A DNA stretch of 64,000 nt, taken from assembly GCA_047285805.1 (NCBI GenBank), contig JBJBCN010000002.1, positions 576,001 through 640,000 on the forward strand, given 5' to 3'. This stretch comes from Synechococcus sp. (GTDB lineage: Bacteria; Cyanobacteriota; Cyanobacteriia; PCC-6307; Cyanobiaceae). How positions within the stretch are numbered: position 1 is the first letter of the stretch; every line of letters begins with the position of its first letter. A program made the translations under genes and the position numbers. This document shows, piece by piece, positions 19,897-30,208 of this stretch. The notes beneath the pieces are model-generated. The model did not search any database. It saw only the letters and a list, made by a program, of their open reading frames with translations, and was not told where the DNA came from.

Positions 19897-22062
19897 GTGT
19901 CCACCTTTCTGCTTGAGATCGGGACCGAGGAGTTGCCCGCGGATTTCGCCCGCCTCGCCTTGCCGCAATTGGAGCAGCAGGTCAAGCGTGATCTGGACAA
20001 GGCTCGACTGAACTTTGGCCAGGTGGAGACGACGAGCACCCCGCGCCGCCTCGTCGTCCAGGTGGCCGAACTCGCGGAGGTCTCCCCGGACCTCCGCGAT
20101 GAACGCAAGGGGCCGCCGGCTGCCCAAGCCTTTAAGGACGGTGTGCCCACCCAGGCCGCCATAGGTTTTGCCAAACGCTGCGGAATAGACCCCGCAGATC
20201 TCGAGGTGCGCGAGACCCCCAAGGGTCCCTTTGTCTTCGCTGAGGTGCTGGAGAAGGGGCGTCCCGCCCGTGAATTGCTGGCTGAGGTCATTCCCCAGTG
20301 GATTTCCGCCTTGCAGGGCCGCCGCTTCATGCGTTGGGGCGTCGGTGAGAGCCGCTTTTCCCGCCCCGTGCGCTGGTTGGTGGCTCTCCTGGGAACCGAG
20401 TTGATCCCCGTCACCCTTTCTGGCAGTGACCCGGTGGTGCAGTCCGGGCAGACCAGCCGAGGTCATCGTCTCTACAGCGACGCTGTAGCGATCCCATCCG
20501 CAGACGGTTACGCCTCAGCCCTGGCTGCTGAAGGTGTCGTTGTGAACCGCAGTGAGCGCGCTTCAACCATCCGTACAGCTGTGGAGACCAGTGCTGCGGC
20601 CTTGGATGCGGTTCCGAACCTTCCTGAAGATCTTTTCGAGGAGCTGACAGATCTGGTCGAGACCCCCCTCTTGATCGAGGGCAGCGTCGCCGACAATTAC
20701 CTCGCCCTGCCAGCTGAAGTGCTGAGCACCGTGATGCGTGCCCATCAGCGCTACGTGCCGCTTTACCGCAAGGATGCGGATTCGGATCCCTTGGCCTTGG
20801 ACGCGCGGAAAAGCCTGTTGGCGCGTTTCCTCTGCATCGGCAACGGCCTGGCGGACTCCACGGACACCATTCGACGCGGCAATGAACGCGTCTTGAAGGC
20901 ACGACTGGCCGATGCGGAGTTCTTTGTGCAGGCCGACCGAGCGGTCCCCAGCATCGATCGCCGCGACCAGCTCAAGCGGGTGACCTTTGCCGAAGGGTTG
21001 GGCTCCCTCCTGGACCGGGTGGAACGCCTCGAGTGGCTTACGGAGGTTCTCGCTGAGCAGCTTGAGCTGCCGCAGTATTCCGTCGCGCATGCCCGTCGTG
21101 CGGCCCATCTCTGTAAGCACGATCTGGTCAGTCAGATGGTGGGTGAGTTCCCCGAGCTCCAGGGGGTGATGGGCGGCAAGTACCTGCTCGCCGAAGGGGA
21201 GCCCCGGGAAGTGGCCCTCGCTGTGCTTGAGCATTACCAACCCAAGGGCGCCGGCGACGCCCTGCCCAGCTCCGTCGCTGGTGCCGTCGTGGCCCTAGCG
21301 GAACGCTTTGAGCTGCTCTTAAGCATCTATGCGAAGGGTGCGCGCCCGACGGGCTCGTCGGACCCCTACGCCCTTCGTCGGGCTGGCAATGGGATTCTTC
21401 AGATCCTTTGGGACAAGGGATGGAGCCTCAACCTCCATGCCCTGCTGGAGCGGGCCACCTCCCATTGGGCGGGGCTGCTGCCGGCCTTCAAGGTCGATCC
21501 CGCTGCCTTAGCGGATGAGCTGGGCGAGCTGTTGCGTCAACGGCTGCAGAGCTTGTTGGAGGAGGCCGGCACGGATGCTGATCTAGTGCAGGCCGTCGCG
21601 GGTGACGGGGTGTCCTTGCCGCGTGTTCTGGCTGATCCTGCCGATGCCCGTCAGCGGGCTTCCTTGCTTCAAAGCCTCCGCTCCGCCGGTGACCTGGCGG
21701 CCGTGCAGGCCGTGGTGACCCGTGCGGCAAAGTTGGCCACGAAGGGCGAGCTGCCAACGAGCGTCCTTTCCGCCAAAATGGTTGTGGAAGAGAGCCTCTT
21801 TGAAAAGGACAGCGAAGCGGCCATGCTCGCGGTCCTCAACGGCTTGGATCCCATTGCCACTGGATCGGATCTCGATCGCTACAGCCAATTGGCCCAAGGC
21901 TTGATCGCCGGGTCCTCTGCCCTAGCCAATTTCTTCGATGGCGATGACAGCGTGATGGTGATGGCTGAGGATCCAGCTGTTCGCACCAACCGCCTGAATT
22001 TGCTTGGGGTTCTCAACAACCAGGCTTCGGTTTTGGCCGACTTCAGCCGCATCAGTAGCTAA
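19897..22062 (+). CDS. glyS: Glycine-tRNA ligase beta subunit
   Basis: FLLEIGTEELP, TPRRL, EFPELQGVMG, DPYALRRA. Confidence 0.97.
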   Translation: MSTFLLEIGTEELPADFARLALPQLEQQVKRDLDKARLNFGQVETTSTPRRLVVQVAELAEVSPDLRDERKGPPAAQAFKDGVPTQAAIGFAKRCGIDPADLEVRETPKGPFVFAEVLEKGRPARELLAEVIPQWISALQGRRFMRWGVGESRFSRPVRWLVALLGTELIPVTLSGSDPVVQSGQTSRGHRLYSDAVAIPSADGYASALAAEGVVVNRSERASTIRTAVETSAAALDAVPNLPEDLFEELTDLVETPLLIEGSVADNYLALPAEVLSTVMRAHQRYVPLYRKDADSDPLALDARKSLLARFLCIGNGLADSTDTIRRGNERVLKARLADAEFFVQADRAVPSIDRRDQLKRVTFAEGLGSLLDRVERLEWLTEVLAEQLELPQYSVAHARRAAHLCKHDLVSQMVGEFPELQGVMGGKYLLAEGEPREVALAVLEHYQPKGAGDALPSSVAGAVVALAERFELLLSIYAKGARPTGSSDPYALRRAGNGILQILWDKGWSLNLHALLERATSHWAGLLPAFKVDPAALADELGELLRQRLQSLLEEAGTDADLVQAVAGDGVSLPRVLADPADARQRASLLQSLRSAGDLAAVQAVVTRAAKLATKGELPTSVLSAKMVVEESLFEKDSEAAMLAVLNGLDPIATGSDLDRYSQLAQGLIAGSSALANFFDGDDSVMVMAEDPAVRTNRLNLLGVLNNQASVLADFSRISS

Positions 22063-22199
22063 GGCGCAGGTCTTAGCCTTGTGAGAACCGAGCGGGCAAT
22101 CAGCTGACGACTCTGAATCGATCCGTCGAACGGAATCAACCCTTAAGTCGCGGCGATTTTTCCCTCGCTCCGTTCCGGCAATCCAGTGATGCCAGGGCT

Positions 22200-23240
22200 T
22201 TGTGGCAACTGACGGTGACGTTGGTTCCTATCGCGCTGCTCTGGGCGTCCATCCCTGTCCTTTCTGCTGAGCCCGCTCTGCGTTGGCTGATGTTTCCGGT
22301 GTTGCTTGCACTGGTGCTGTTTTCGGCCCGCTGCTTCTCGCTGATGCACGATTGCGGCCACAACACGCTGTGGTCCTCGTCGCTCGGCAATCGGATCACG
22401 GGCTTTGCCCTGGGTTGCCTGAATGCCATCCCGCAATTCCCCTGGTCCCGGGGCCATGCGTTTCACCACAAGCACAACGGGAATTGGGAGGTCTACCGGG
22501 GGCCATCGTCGCTGATGACCGTGGAGCAGTTTCTGCGTTTGTCCCCCGCGGCGCAGTGGCGCTATCGCCTGATCCGCCACCCCTTGATGTTGTTTCCAGG
22601 CGGCTTTTTCTACCTGGTGATTCGCCCCAGACTGCAGCTTTTGCTTGGGATGTTTGAGTTCTGTGGCGCGGCTTTGAAGCACGCCATAGCGTCGCCGCGC
22701 AGTGGTTTTCAAGCTTGGAAACGCTTTGTGCTGTCCTTCAAGTCAAGTCACTGGTACACAACCGGTGAATGGTTGGACTTGTTGGCCAACAACGTTGTTG
22801 TTGTCTCCAGCTGGTACCTGATGGCGGCCTGGCTTGGGCTGGGACTCTTTTTGACTTGCTATTCCGTGGTCATGGCCTGTTCCGCGGCCATGTTCATCTG
22901 CGTCTTCTTTGTTCAGCACAACTTCAGGGGTTCCTACACAAGTGGAACCCGCGGCTGGAGTTACTTCAAAGGGGCGATTGACGGCAGCAGCAATCTTGTT
23001 TTGCCTGAAGTACTGAACTGGTTCACCGCTGACATTGCCTTCCACTCGGTTCACCATCTCTGTGAGCGGATCCCCAACTACAAGCTGCGGGAATGTCACC
23101 GTTTGCATGCGGAACTGCTGAAGGGCTGTACTTACTTGAGCCTGAGGGACATTCCGAGCTGTTTTGATCTGATTCTTTGGGACTCTGAGGCCCAAGAACT
23201 CGTCAGTATTGATGAAGCGTTGGCCGCAGCGGCCCTCTGA
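22200..23240 (+). CDS. Membrane fatty acid desaturase (true start probably about 22104-22113)
   Basis: Three His boxes HDCGH, HAFHH, HSVHH; frame open upstream to TAG at 22074. Confidence 0.88.
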   Translation: MWQLTVTLVPIALLWASIPVLSAEPALRWLMFPVLLALVLFSARCFSLMHDCGHNTLWSSSLGNRITGFALGCLNAIPQFPWSRGHAFHHKHNGNWEVYRGPSSLMTVEQFLRLSPAAQWRYRLIRHPLMLFPGGFFYLVIRPRLQLLLGMFEFCGAALKHAIASPRSGFQAWKRFVLSFKSSHWYTTGEWLDLLANNVVVVSSWYLMAAWLGLGLFLTCYSVVMACSAAMFICVFFVQHNFRGSYTSGTRGWSYFKGAIDGSSNLVLPEVLNWFTADIAFHSVHHLCERIPNYKLRECHRLHAELLKGCTYLSLRDIPSCFDLILWDSEAQELVSIDEALAAAAL

Positions 23241-23277
23241 AGGCTGCTCGACAACGCCTTGGCAATGGGCACAAAAC

Positions 23278-23302
23278 AAGGCAGTGGATGATCCACTGCC
23301 TT
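23278..23302. terminator. Hairpin between convergent desaturase and chlP
   Basis: AAGGCAGTGGA-TGA-TCCACTGCCTT inverted repeat. Confidence 0.7.
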
Positions 23303-23322
23303 CATGATCTTGGCAAAATTGC

Positions 23323-24687
23323 TTACTTGCTGGTGAGGGCAGGTTCGCGTTCTGCAGCGGGTTTGACCTTCTGGTTTCCGACGCGGATCCCGCCCTTGAT
23401 GGTGCTCACGGCCAACATGTCGTTGACTTCACCATCTTCTCGGACGGCGCTGGGGACAGGCTTATAGCCCTGGGGCGCCAGGGCGTTGCCGCGGAGGACA
23501 GAGCCAAGGGTTAGCAGGGTGAGTTTGAGCTGCTGCCAGGGATTCATCACCACTACCCGCTTGTAGAGGTAGCTGTCGAAGGTCAAGCGCTGAACATCCT
23601 TGTCGTCGCACATTTCGACGAAGGCTTCGCGGGCCGCGTCGTTGCGATAGAAAATGTTCTGAAGGATTTCGAGCACCTTGTAGGTGGCGCCGTATTGGCG
23701 GTCCCACTTCTTCAGGTACTTCTTCAGATCCGCTTCGCTCGGGACACGCTTGCCGCCCTGGCTGGCTTCGACGATTTGTTCGGCGCACATCCGACCGCTC
23801 TTGGCGGCGAAATAGATGCCTTCGCCGGAGCTCTTTGTGACATAACCAGCGGCGTCACCCACCAGGGCCATGCGGCCCACCACACGGCGAGGTCGGGGAT
23901 GCTCAGGGATGGGGTGAGCTTCCACCTTGATCACCTCACCGTTGACCAGGCGCTTCTTGGCCCGCTCGCGGATGCCTTCCTGCAGGCTCTTAATCAGGGC
24001 CTGGTTGTCCTGCATGGTTCCGGTGCCAACTGCCACGTGGTCGTATTTGGGGAACACCCAGGCGTAGAAGTCGGGGGAAACGTCCGTACCCACGTACATC
24101 TCGGCGAGACTCTCGTAGTACTTCATTTCCTCCGCGGGGAGCTTGATGCGCTCCTGGAAGGCGATGGCTACGTTGTAATCGCCGGCATCCATGGCCTTGG
24201 CCACGCGGCTGTTTGCACCATCGGCGCCAATGATCAGATCTACCTCAAGGGTCTTGGTTTCACCCGTCGCCTCGCCCTCGCTGTAATCGGAGAAGGTGAG
24301 GGTGTAGGGCCCTTGGCACTTGGCTCCGGTGTCGATCTTGGTCACCAGCCCATTGACCAGATGGGCGCCCAGTTCGGCTGCACGATCGCGCATGAAGGCA
24401 TCCATGACCTCCCGGCGACACATGCCGATGTACTCGTTGTCGTTTTCGAGATTGATGTCCACCTCGCGGTTCGAGGGGGAGATCATTTTCATGTTGCGGA
24501 CCTTACGGTCGATGATCGACTCAGGCAGGTCGAACTCAGCAACCATGCAGAGGGGGATCGCGCCACCACAGGGTTTGGCGTTGTCGAGCTTGCGCTCAAA
24601 GATCCAGGTCTCGATTCCCGCCTTCGCCAGAACTTCCGCAGCACACGAACCACTCGGGCCGCCGCCCACCACCGCGACTCGCAACAT
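23323..24687 (-). CDS. chlP: Geranylgeranyl diphosphate reductase
   Basis: MLRVAVVGGGPSG, AKPCGGAIPLC, GDAAGYVTKSSGEGIYFA. Confidence 0.97.
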   Translation of the reverse strand: MLRVAVVGGGPSGSCAAEVLAKAGIETWIFERKLDNAKPCGGAIPLCMVAEFDLPESIIDRKVRNMKMISPSNREVDINLENDNEYIGMCRREVMDAFMRDRAAELGAHLVNGLVTKIDTGAKCQGPYTLTFSDYSEGEATGETKTLEVDLIIGADGANSRVAKAMDAGDYNVAIAFQERIKLPAEEMKYYESLAEMYVGTDVSPDFYAWVFPKYDHVAVGTGTMQDNQALIKSLQEGIRERAKKRLVNGEVIKVEAHPIPEHPRPRRVVGRMALVGDAAGYVTKSSGEGIYFAAKSGRMCAEQIVEASQGGKRVPSEADLKKYLKKWDRQYGATYKVLEILQNIFYRNDAAREAFVEMCDDKDVQRLTFDSYLYKRVVVMNPWQQLKLTLLTLGSVLRGNALAPQGYKPVPSAVREDGEVNDMLAVSTIKGGIRVGNQKVKPAAEREPALTSK

Positions 24688-24882
24688 CTTGAAACCCGCT
24701 CCGCCAGAAGGATCTTGATGGGAAGCTAACACTGCTTGATGGGTAACGGCTGGTATCTCCAGCATGAGCTCGTAACATCACACAACCCCAGTTCCAACGG
24801 GAGTTTTCGCTTGCCTAGCCCCGGTCGGCAGACCAGTTACTCCAGGGTGGGCTCAGGCAAGGGCGGGGCTGACCCCACTTTG

Positions 24883-25587
24883 GTGGACGACATTCCCCTC
24901 GCCACGCGCACCGTCTTCCCCACCCTGCAGCGCAAACGCCGTACTCCCGTTGCCTTAGCGAGCGCCGTTGGAGCCCTCGTTGTCGTGGCCTCCGCTCTGT
25001 ACGTGCTCAGGGCTCCGATCCTTCAGCGTCTGGCTCCCGTTCCCGTCGCAGGCCTGAGTGCCCGGCTGAGTTCCGATGGACGGCTGCTGGGCCACTTCCC
25101 CTATGCCGAGGCGACTAATGCTGAATTAATTAGCATTGGTCCTGGCGTGGCGTTGAATGCGCAGGCCGCCGCCGCCCTGCGTCAGATGCGCCGCGCTGCG
25201 GATGCTGAGAGTGTGGATCTGAGGGTACTCAGCGGCTTCCGTTCGATCGCGCTGCAAAAGCAGATTTTCTTCGACGTCAAATCAGAACGTAATCAAAGTG
25301 CCCGGGAGCGGGCCCGGGTCAGCGCGCCTCCCGGGTTTTCTGAGCACAGCACCGGCTATGCCGTCGATTTCGGCGATGGCCGTCGCCCCGAGACCCATCT
25401 GTCACAGAGTTTCGACAGCACCGAGTCCTATGCCTGGCTCAAGCGCAATGCCAATCGCTTCCACTTTGTGCTCTCGTTTCCTGAAGGGAACAGGCAGGGC
25501 GTGAGCTACGAGCCCTGGCACTGGCGGTTTGAGGGTTCCGCTGATGCGCTCAAAACCTTTGATGCAGCTGGACGCTTTTCGAATTAA
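24883..25587 (+). CDS. D-Ala-D-Ala carboxypeptidase (M15B, VanY-like)
   Basis: SGFRS, SAPPGFSEHSTGYAVD, YEPWHWRF; N-terminal TM; start uncertain. Confidence 0.88.
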   Translation: MDDIPLATRTVFPTLQRKRRTPVALASAVGALVVVASALYVLRAPILQRLAPVPVAGLSARLSSDGRLLGHFPYAEATNAELISIGPGVALNAQAAAALRQMRRAADAESVDLRVLSGFRSIALQKQIFFDVKSERNQSARERARVSAPPGFSEHSTGYAVDFGDGRRPETHLSQSFDSTESYAWLKRNANRFHFVLSFPEGNRQGVSYEPWHWRFEGSADALKTFDAAGRFSN

Positions 25588-25603
25588 TAGATGGGTTTGA
25601 TCC

Positions 25604-28114
25604 ATGGCTGAGGCCGCACGGCCGGAATTGCTAGCCCCAGCGGGTTGCTGGGGGTCCCTCAAAGCCGCTGCGGCCAATGGAGCGGACGCCGTCTATTTCG
25701 GCGTCGAGACCTTCAATGCCCGCCTTCGAGCCGAGAACTTCAAGGTCGCGGATCTTCCTGACGTGATGGCATGGCTGCACCGCCGCGGCCTGAAGGGATT
25801 CTTGACGTTCAACGTCCTCGTCTTCAGCGACGAGCTAAGCCCTGCCGCAGAACTGCTCTTGGCCGCGGACGCTGCCGGGGTCGATGGCCTGATCGTTCAA
25901 GACATCGGTCTGGCTGCCCTGGCCCAAGCACTCACGCCAGAGCTGGCAATCCATGGTTCGACGCAGATGTCCATCACCAGCGCGGCTGGTGTGGCGATGG
26001 CTCAGGACCTCGGCTGCCAGCGGGTTGTCCTCGCCCGTGAGCTGAGCCTGAAGGACCTGAGGCGCATCCAGGAGCAGCTGCGCCAACGCCAAATCGAGAT
26101 GCCCTTGGAGGTCTTCGTTCATGGCGCCCTCTGTGTGGCCTACTCCGGCCAATGCCTAACCAGCGAAGCCCTGGGCCAGCGCAGTGCCAATCGCGGCGAG
26201 TGTGCCCAGGCCTGCCGCCTCCCCTACGCGTTGATCGTTGATGGTGAAGAGCTCGACCTTGGCGAACAGCGTTATCTGCTCTCCCCGCAGGATTTGGCCG
26301 CCTGGGAGCTGCTGCCGGATCTGGTGGATGCCGGGGTCGCCAGCCTCAAAGTTGAAGGGAGGCTCAAGGACGCCACCTACGTAGCCGCCGTTACGGACGC
26401 TTATCGCCAAGGGCTCGATCAGCTTTCAGGCGAACGCACACTGGTATCCCCATCAGAGCAGGCGGAGCTGCGGCGCAACCTTGAGCTGAGCTTCTCGCGT
26501 GGTCTGGGTACGGGCTGGTTGGCCGGTATTGATCACCGCCAACTTGTCCATGGCCGCTGGAGTAAAAAAAGGGGACCCTGGCTCGGGCGTTTGGAGCGCG
26601 TGGATGGGGATTGGCTGCTGTTCAGGCGTCGCTTGGAGTGCAAACCCGGTGATGGAGTGGTGCTCGAGATTCCCAATCCCGATCCGCTCTTGCCTCCCCA
26701 GGAAGTGGGCGGCCGGGTGATGGCGGTGGACCCGCGGCCCTGCGGTGGTTGCGCTGTGCGGCTCGGACCGAAGCGGGTGGATCTGCGTGGTTTGCGCTCG
26801 GGTAGTCCCTGTTGGTTAACCAGCGACCCCCAGCGGGAGAGTCGCTTCCAGCGCATGGCGGATCGCTCTGCTGAGAAGCAGCGCCGTCCCCTGGCCCTCA
26901 GGGTCTCGGGCTCTTCGGGCGAACCCCTCCGTTTGGAGGTGTTGACAGCCGCTGGTTTGCCGGCCGAAGGCTGCACTGTGCTCAGCCAGAAGCCGCTTGA
27001 GCCCGCCCAAGGTCAGGCTCTGTCCAGGGAGAGGCTGGAGCAGCAACTCGGACGCCTCGGGGGGACATCCTGGCGCCTGGAGCGGTTGGAGCTGCTACTC
27101 GACGAGGCGTTGTTTCTGCCCGTCGCCCAGCTCAATCAGCTGCGTCGCGCCTTGGTGGATCAGCTCGCCCTGCAAGGCCCCAAGGATGCTTCACGCTCCA
27201 CAGAGCAGCGTTCGGTGCTCCAGACCCTCGAAATACTCATGCCTGCGGCCGTTGAGCCCAGCCAGCAAGAGCCGCAATTAACCGTCCTGGTGCGCGATCT
27301 CGAGCAACTAGAGGCGCTCAAGGCCCTGCCTGTCGATCGGGTGATTGTTGACCTGGAGCACCCAGCGCAGCTTCGGGAAGCCGTCAAGCGCGGCAAGGGC
27401 TGCTGGCCGGGTGGACTCTGGGTGGCGGGGCAGCGGATCTGCAAGCCCGACGAGGCCTGGAGCCTGGAGCCGCTCATTCGGGCCGAGCCCGATGGATACT
27501 TGGTTCGCAACGCGGATCAGTTGGAACGGCTGACGCCCCTGGCCCCCTGTCAGGGAGATTTTTCCTTGAACGTTGCCAACCCGCTTACGACACGCTGGCT
27601 GCTCGAGCGTTGGGGGCTGGAGCGTCTCACGGCCAGCTACGACCTTGCTTTGGACCAGTTGCTGGCTCTTGTTGCGGCCTGTCCCCGCGATGCCCTTGAG
27701 CTGACGTTGCACCAGCACATGCCCCTCTTCCACATGGAGCATTGCCTGTTCTGTGCGTTTCTCTCGGAGGGCCATGACCACACCGATTGCGGCCGCCCTT
27801 GCGAGCAGCACCAGGTGCTCCTGCGGGACCGCAGTGGTGCGGAACATCCGTTGCGTGCCGACCTGGGCTGCCGGAATACACTTTTCAATGGGCGCGCTCA
27901 AACTGCGGCGGAAGCCATCCCCCAGTTCCTTGAGGCGGGCGTGCGCCATTTCAGGCTCGAATTGCTGCAGGAGAGCCCGGCCGATACCGAGCGCCGGGTA
28001 TCGCTCTATCGCCAGGCCCTCAACGGAGAGATCAGCGGCCGGATGGTCTGGCAGAGCGAACAGCTCGAAAGTCGACTCGGGGTCACCCGCGGAACCCTCT
28101 CCGAGCGTCAGTGA
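25604..28114 (+). CDS. Long U32 family protein with DUF3656-like region (RlhA-like RNA hydroxylase)
   Basis: PELLAPAG, GADAVYFG, HGSTQMS, EVFVHGALCVAYSGQC, RGECAQACRLPY; C-terminal HCLFC/CGRPC. Confidence 0.85.
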   Translation: MAEAARPELLAPAGCWGSLKAAAANGADAVYFGVETFNARLRAENFKVADLPDVMAWLHRRGLKGFLTFNVLVFSDELSPAAELLLAADAAGVDGLIVQDIGLAALAQALTPELAIHGSTQMSITSAAGVAMAQDLGCQRVVLARELSLKDLRRIQEQLRQRQIEMPLEVFVHGALCVAYSGQCLTSEALGQRSANRGECAQACRLPYALIVDGEELDLGEQRYLLSPQDLAAWELLPDLVDAGVASLKVEGRLKDATYVAAVTDAYRQGLDQLSGERTLVSPSEQAELRRNLELSFSRGLGTGWLAGIDHRQLVHGRWSKKRGPWLGRLERVDGDWLLFRRRLECKPGDGVVLEIPNPDPLLPPQEVGGRVMAVDPRPCGGCAVRLGPKRVDLRGLRSGSPCWLTSDPQRESRFQRMADRSAEKQRRPLALRVSGSSGEPLRLEVLTAAGLPAEGCTVLSQKPLEPAQGQALSRERLEQQLGRLGGTSWRLERLELLLDEALFLPVAQLNQLRRALVDQLALQGPKDASRSTEQRSVLQTLEILMPAAVEPSQQEPQLTVLVRDLEQLEALKALPVDRVIVDLEHPAQLREAVKRGKGCWPGGLWVAGQRICKPDEAWSLEPLIRAEPDGYLVRNADQLERLTPLAPCQGDFSLNVANPLTTRWLLERWGLERLTASYDLALDQLLALVAACPRDALELTLHQHMPLFHMEHCLFCAFLSEGHDHTDCGRPCEQHQVLLRDRSGAEHPLRADLGCRNTLFNGRAQTAAEAIPQFLEAGVRHFRLELLQESPADTERRVSLYRQALNGEISGRMVWQSEQLESRLGVTRGTLSERQ

Positions 28115-28399
28115 CGATGGAAATCCCGGGTGTGTTGCTGGGATAGATTGCGTTAACGCACCGAAGGGTTCTTTGGTTTTGGTGAGTGGTCGTTCGTCAC
28201 GAACGCTCTCAACACATCAGCCACGCTGCAAGAGATACCGGCTCTGTTCGATCAGGTTCATCCCTGCGACCTTGCCCATGGGTTTCAGCCACCGTTCCCA
28301 CGCCAACGCCTGCTCCTGAGTTGAGCGTTGCGGCCGCTAGCTCAAGCTGCGGCGTGCTCCAGCCAGACCATCCCTGACCTCCTCCCTCTAGCCCAATCC

Positions 28400-30208
28400 A
28401 TGAGCGGCGAGCATCCCGGAACACCTATTCGCAATATCGCGATCATTGCCCACGTCGACCACGGCAAAACCACCCTTGTTGATGCCCTGCTGGCGCAATC
28501 GGGCATCTTCCGCGACAACGAGGCCGTCCCCACCTGCGTGATGGACTCCAACGACCTGGAGCGTGAGCGTGGCATCACGATCCTCTCCAAGAACACCGCG
28601 GTGGACTACGAGGGGATCCGCATCAACATCGTGGACACCCCTGGTCACGCCGACTTCGGCGGTGAGGTCGAACGGGTCCTCGGCATGGTCGATGGCTGTC
28701 TGCTGATCGTGGATGCCAACGAGGGGCCGATGCCTCAGACCCGTTTTGTGTTGAAAAAGGCCCTGGAAAAGGGGCTCAGGCCGATCGTCTTCGTCAACAA
28801 GATTGATCGCGCTCGCGTTGACCCTGAGCAGGCGGTCGACAAGGTCTTGGACCTGTTCCTGGAACTGGGTGCTGACGACGACCAGTGCGACTTCCCCTAC
28901 CTTTTCGGCAGCGGCATGGGCGGCTACGCCAAGCCCGACATGAAGACCGAGAGCGAGGACATGCGTCCCCTCTTCGACGCGATCATCCGCCACGTTCCGC
29001 CCCCGGTCGGCGATCCCGAGAAGCCCCTGCAGCTGCAGGTGACCACCCTCGACTACAGCGATTTCCTCGGCCGGATCATGATCGGCCGGATCCATAACGG
29101 CACGATCAAAGGCAACCAGCCCGTTGCCCTCTTGCGTGACGATGGCAGCGTCAAGCGCGGTCGCATCAGCAAGCTGCTCGGTTTCCAGGGCCTCCAGCGC
29201 GTCGAGGTCGAAGAAGCCCGCGCCGGTGACCTGGTCGCTGTGTGCGGTTTCGACGAGGTGAATATCGGCGAAACGATTGCTTGCCCAGATGAGCCCCAGG
29301 CCCTGCCCCTGATCAAGGTGGATGAGCCCACCTTGCAGATGACCTTCGTGGTCAACGACTCACCCTTCGCGGGCAAGGAAGGCAAGTTTGTCACCAGCCG
29401 TCAGGTCCGTGATCGCCTGAACAAGGAGCTGCTGACCAACGTGGCCCTGCGGGTAGAAGACACCGATTCCCCTGACCGCTGGGCCGTGAGCGGCCGTGGT
29501 GAACTTCACCTGGGCATCCTGATCGAGACCATGCGCCGTGAGGGCTATGAGTTCCAGGTGTCTCAGCCCCAGGTGATCTTCCGCACCATCGATGGCACTC
29601 CCTCGGAGCCCTACGAGACCCTTGTGCTCGATGTTCCCGAGGAGTCCGTTGGTGCCTGTATCGAGAAGCTCGGCGTCCGCAAGGCTGAGATGCAGAACAT
29701 GGAAAACACCAATGACGGCCGCACCCAGCTCGAGTTCGTGGTGCCCTCCCGTGGCCTGATCGGTTTCCGTGGTGACTTCATCCGCGCCACGCGAGGCGAG
29801 GGGATCATGAGCCACTCCTTCCTCGACTACCGCCCGATGCAGGGTGAGTTCGACACCCGTCGCAACGGCGTCCTGATCGCATTCGAGGAAGGCACCGCCA
29901 CCTTCTATGCCCTGAAGAACGCCGAAGATCGCGGCCAGTTCTTCATTAGCCCTGGCACGAAGGTCTACAAGGGCATGATCGTGGGCGAAAACAACCGTCC
30001 TCAGGACCTCGACCTGAACGTCTGCAAGACGAAGCAGCTCACCAACATGCGCTCGGCAGGTGCAGAGGAACTCGATACCCTCCAAGCCCCGATGCAGATG
30101 ACCCTGGAGCGCGCCCTGGAGTACATCGGTCCCGACGAGATGCTCGAGGTCACTCCAGAGTCGATTCGACTCCGCAAACTGCCTGCCAAGAAGCCGGCGA
30201 GGCGTTGA
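28400..30208 (+). CDS. typA: Translational GTPase TypA/BipA
   Basis: [41 protein letters not shown]. Confidence 0.98.
   Translation: MSGEHPGTPIRNIAIIAHVDHGKTTLVDALLAQSGIFRDNEAVPTCVMDSNDLERERGITILSKNTAVDYEGIRINIVDTPGHADFGGEVERVLGMVDGCLLIVDANEGPMPQTRFVLKKALEKGLRPIVFVNKIDRARVDPEQAVDKVLDLFLELGADDDQCDFPYLFGSGMGGYAKPDMKTESEDMRPLFDAIIRHVPPPVGDPEKPLQLQVTTLDYSDFLGRIMIGRIHNGTIKGNQPVALLRDDGSVKRGRISKLLGFQGLQRVEVEEARAGDLVAVCGFDEVNIGETIACPDEPQALPLIKVDEPTLQMTFVVNDSPFAGKEGKFVTSRQVRDRLNKELLTNVALRVEDTDSPDRWAVSGRGELHLGILIETMRREGYEFQVSQPQVIFRTIDGTPSEPYETLVLDVPEESVGACIEKLGVRKAEMQNMENTNDGRTQLEFVVPSRGLIGFRGDFIRATRGEGIMSHSFLDYRPMQGEFDTRRNGVLIAFEEGTATFYALKNAEDRGQFFISPGTKVYKGMIVGENNRPQDLDLNVCKTKQLTNMRSAGAEELDTLQAPMQMTLERALEYIGPDEMLEVTPESIRLRKLPAKKPARR

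Noticed and set aside
19797..20414. Apparent 200-aa N-terminal extension of sulfite reductase
   Set aside because: Overlaps glyS antisense; Sir similarity starts only near 19796.
17289..25587. VanX-like and VanY-like genes as a glycopeptide resistance cluster
   Set aside because: About 7 kb apart among core genes, with no vanA/vanH/vanRS; ordinary peptidoglycan turnover enzymes.
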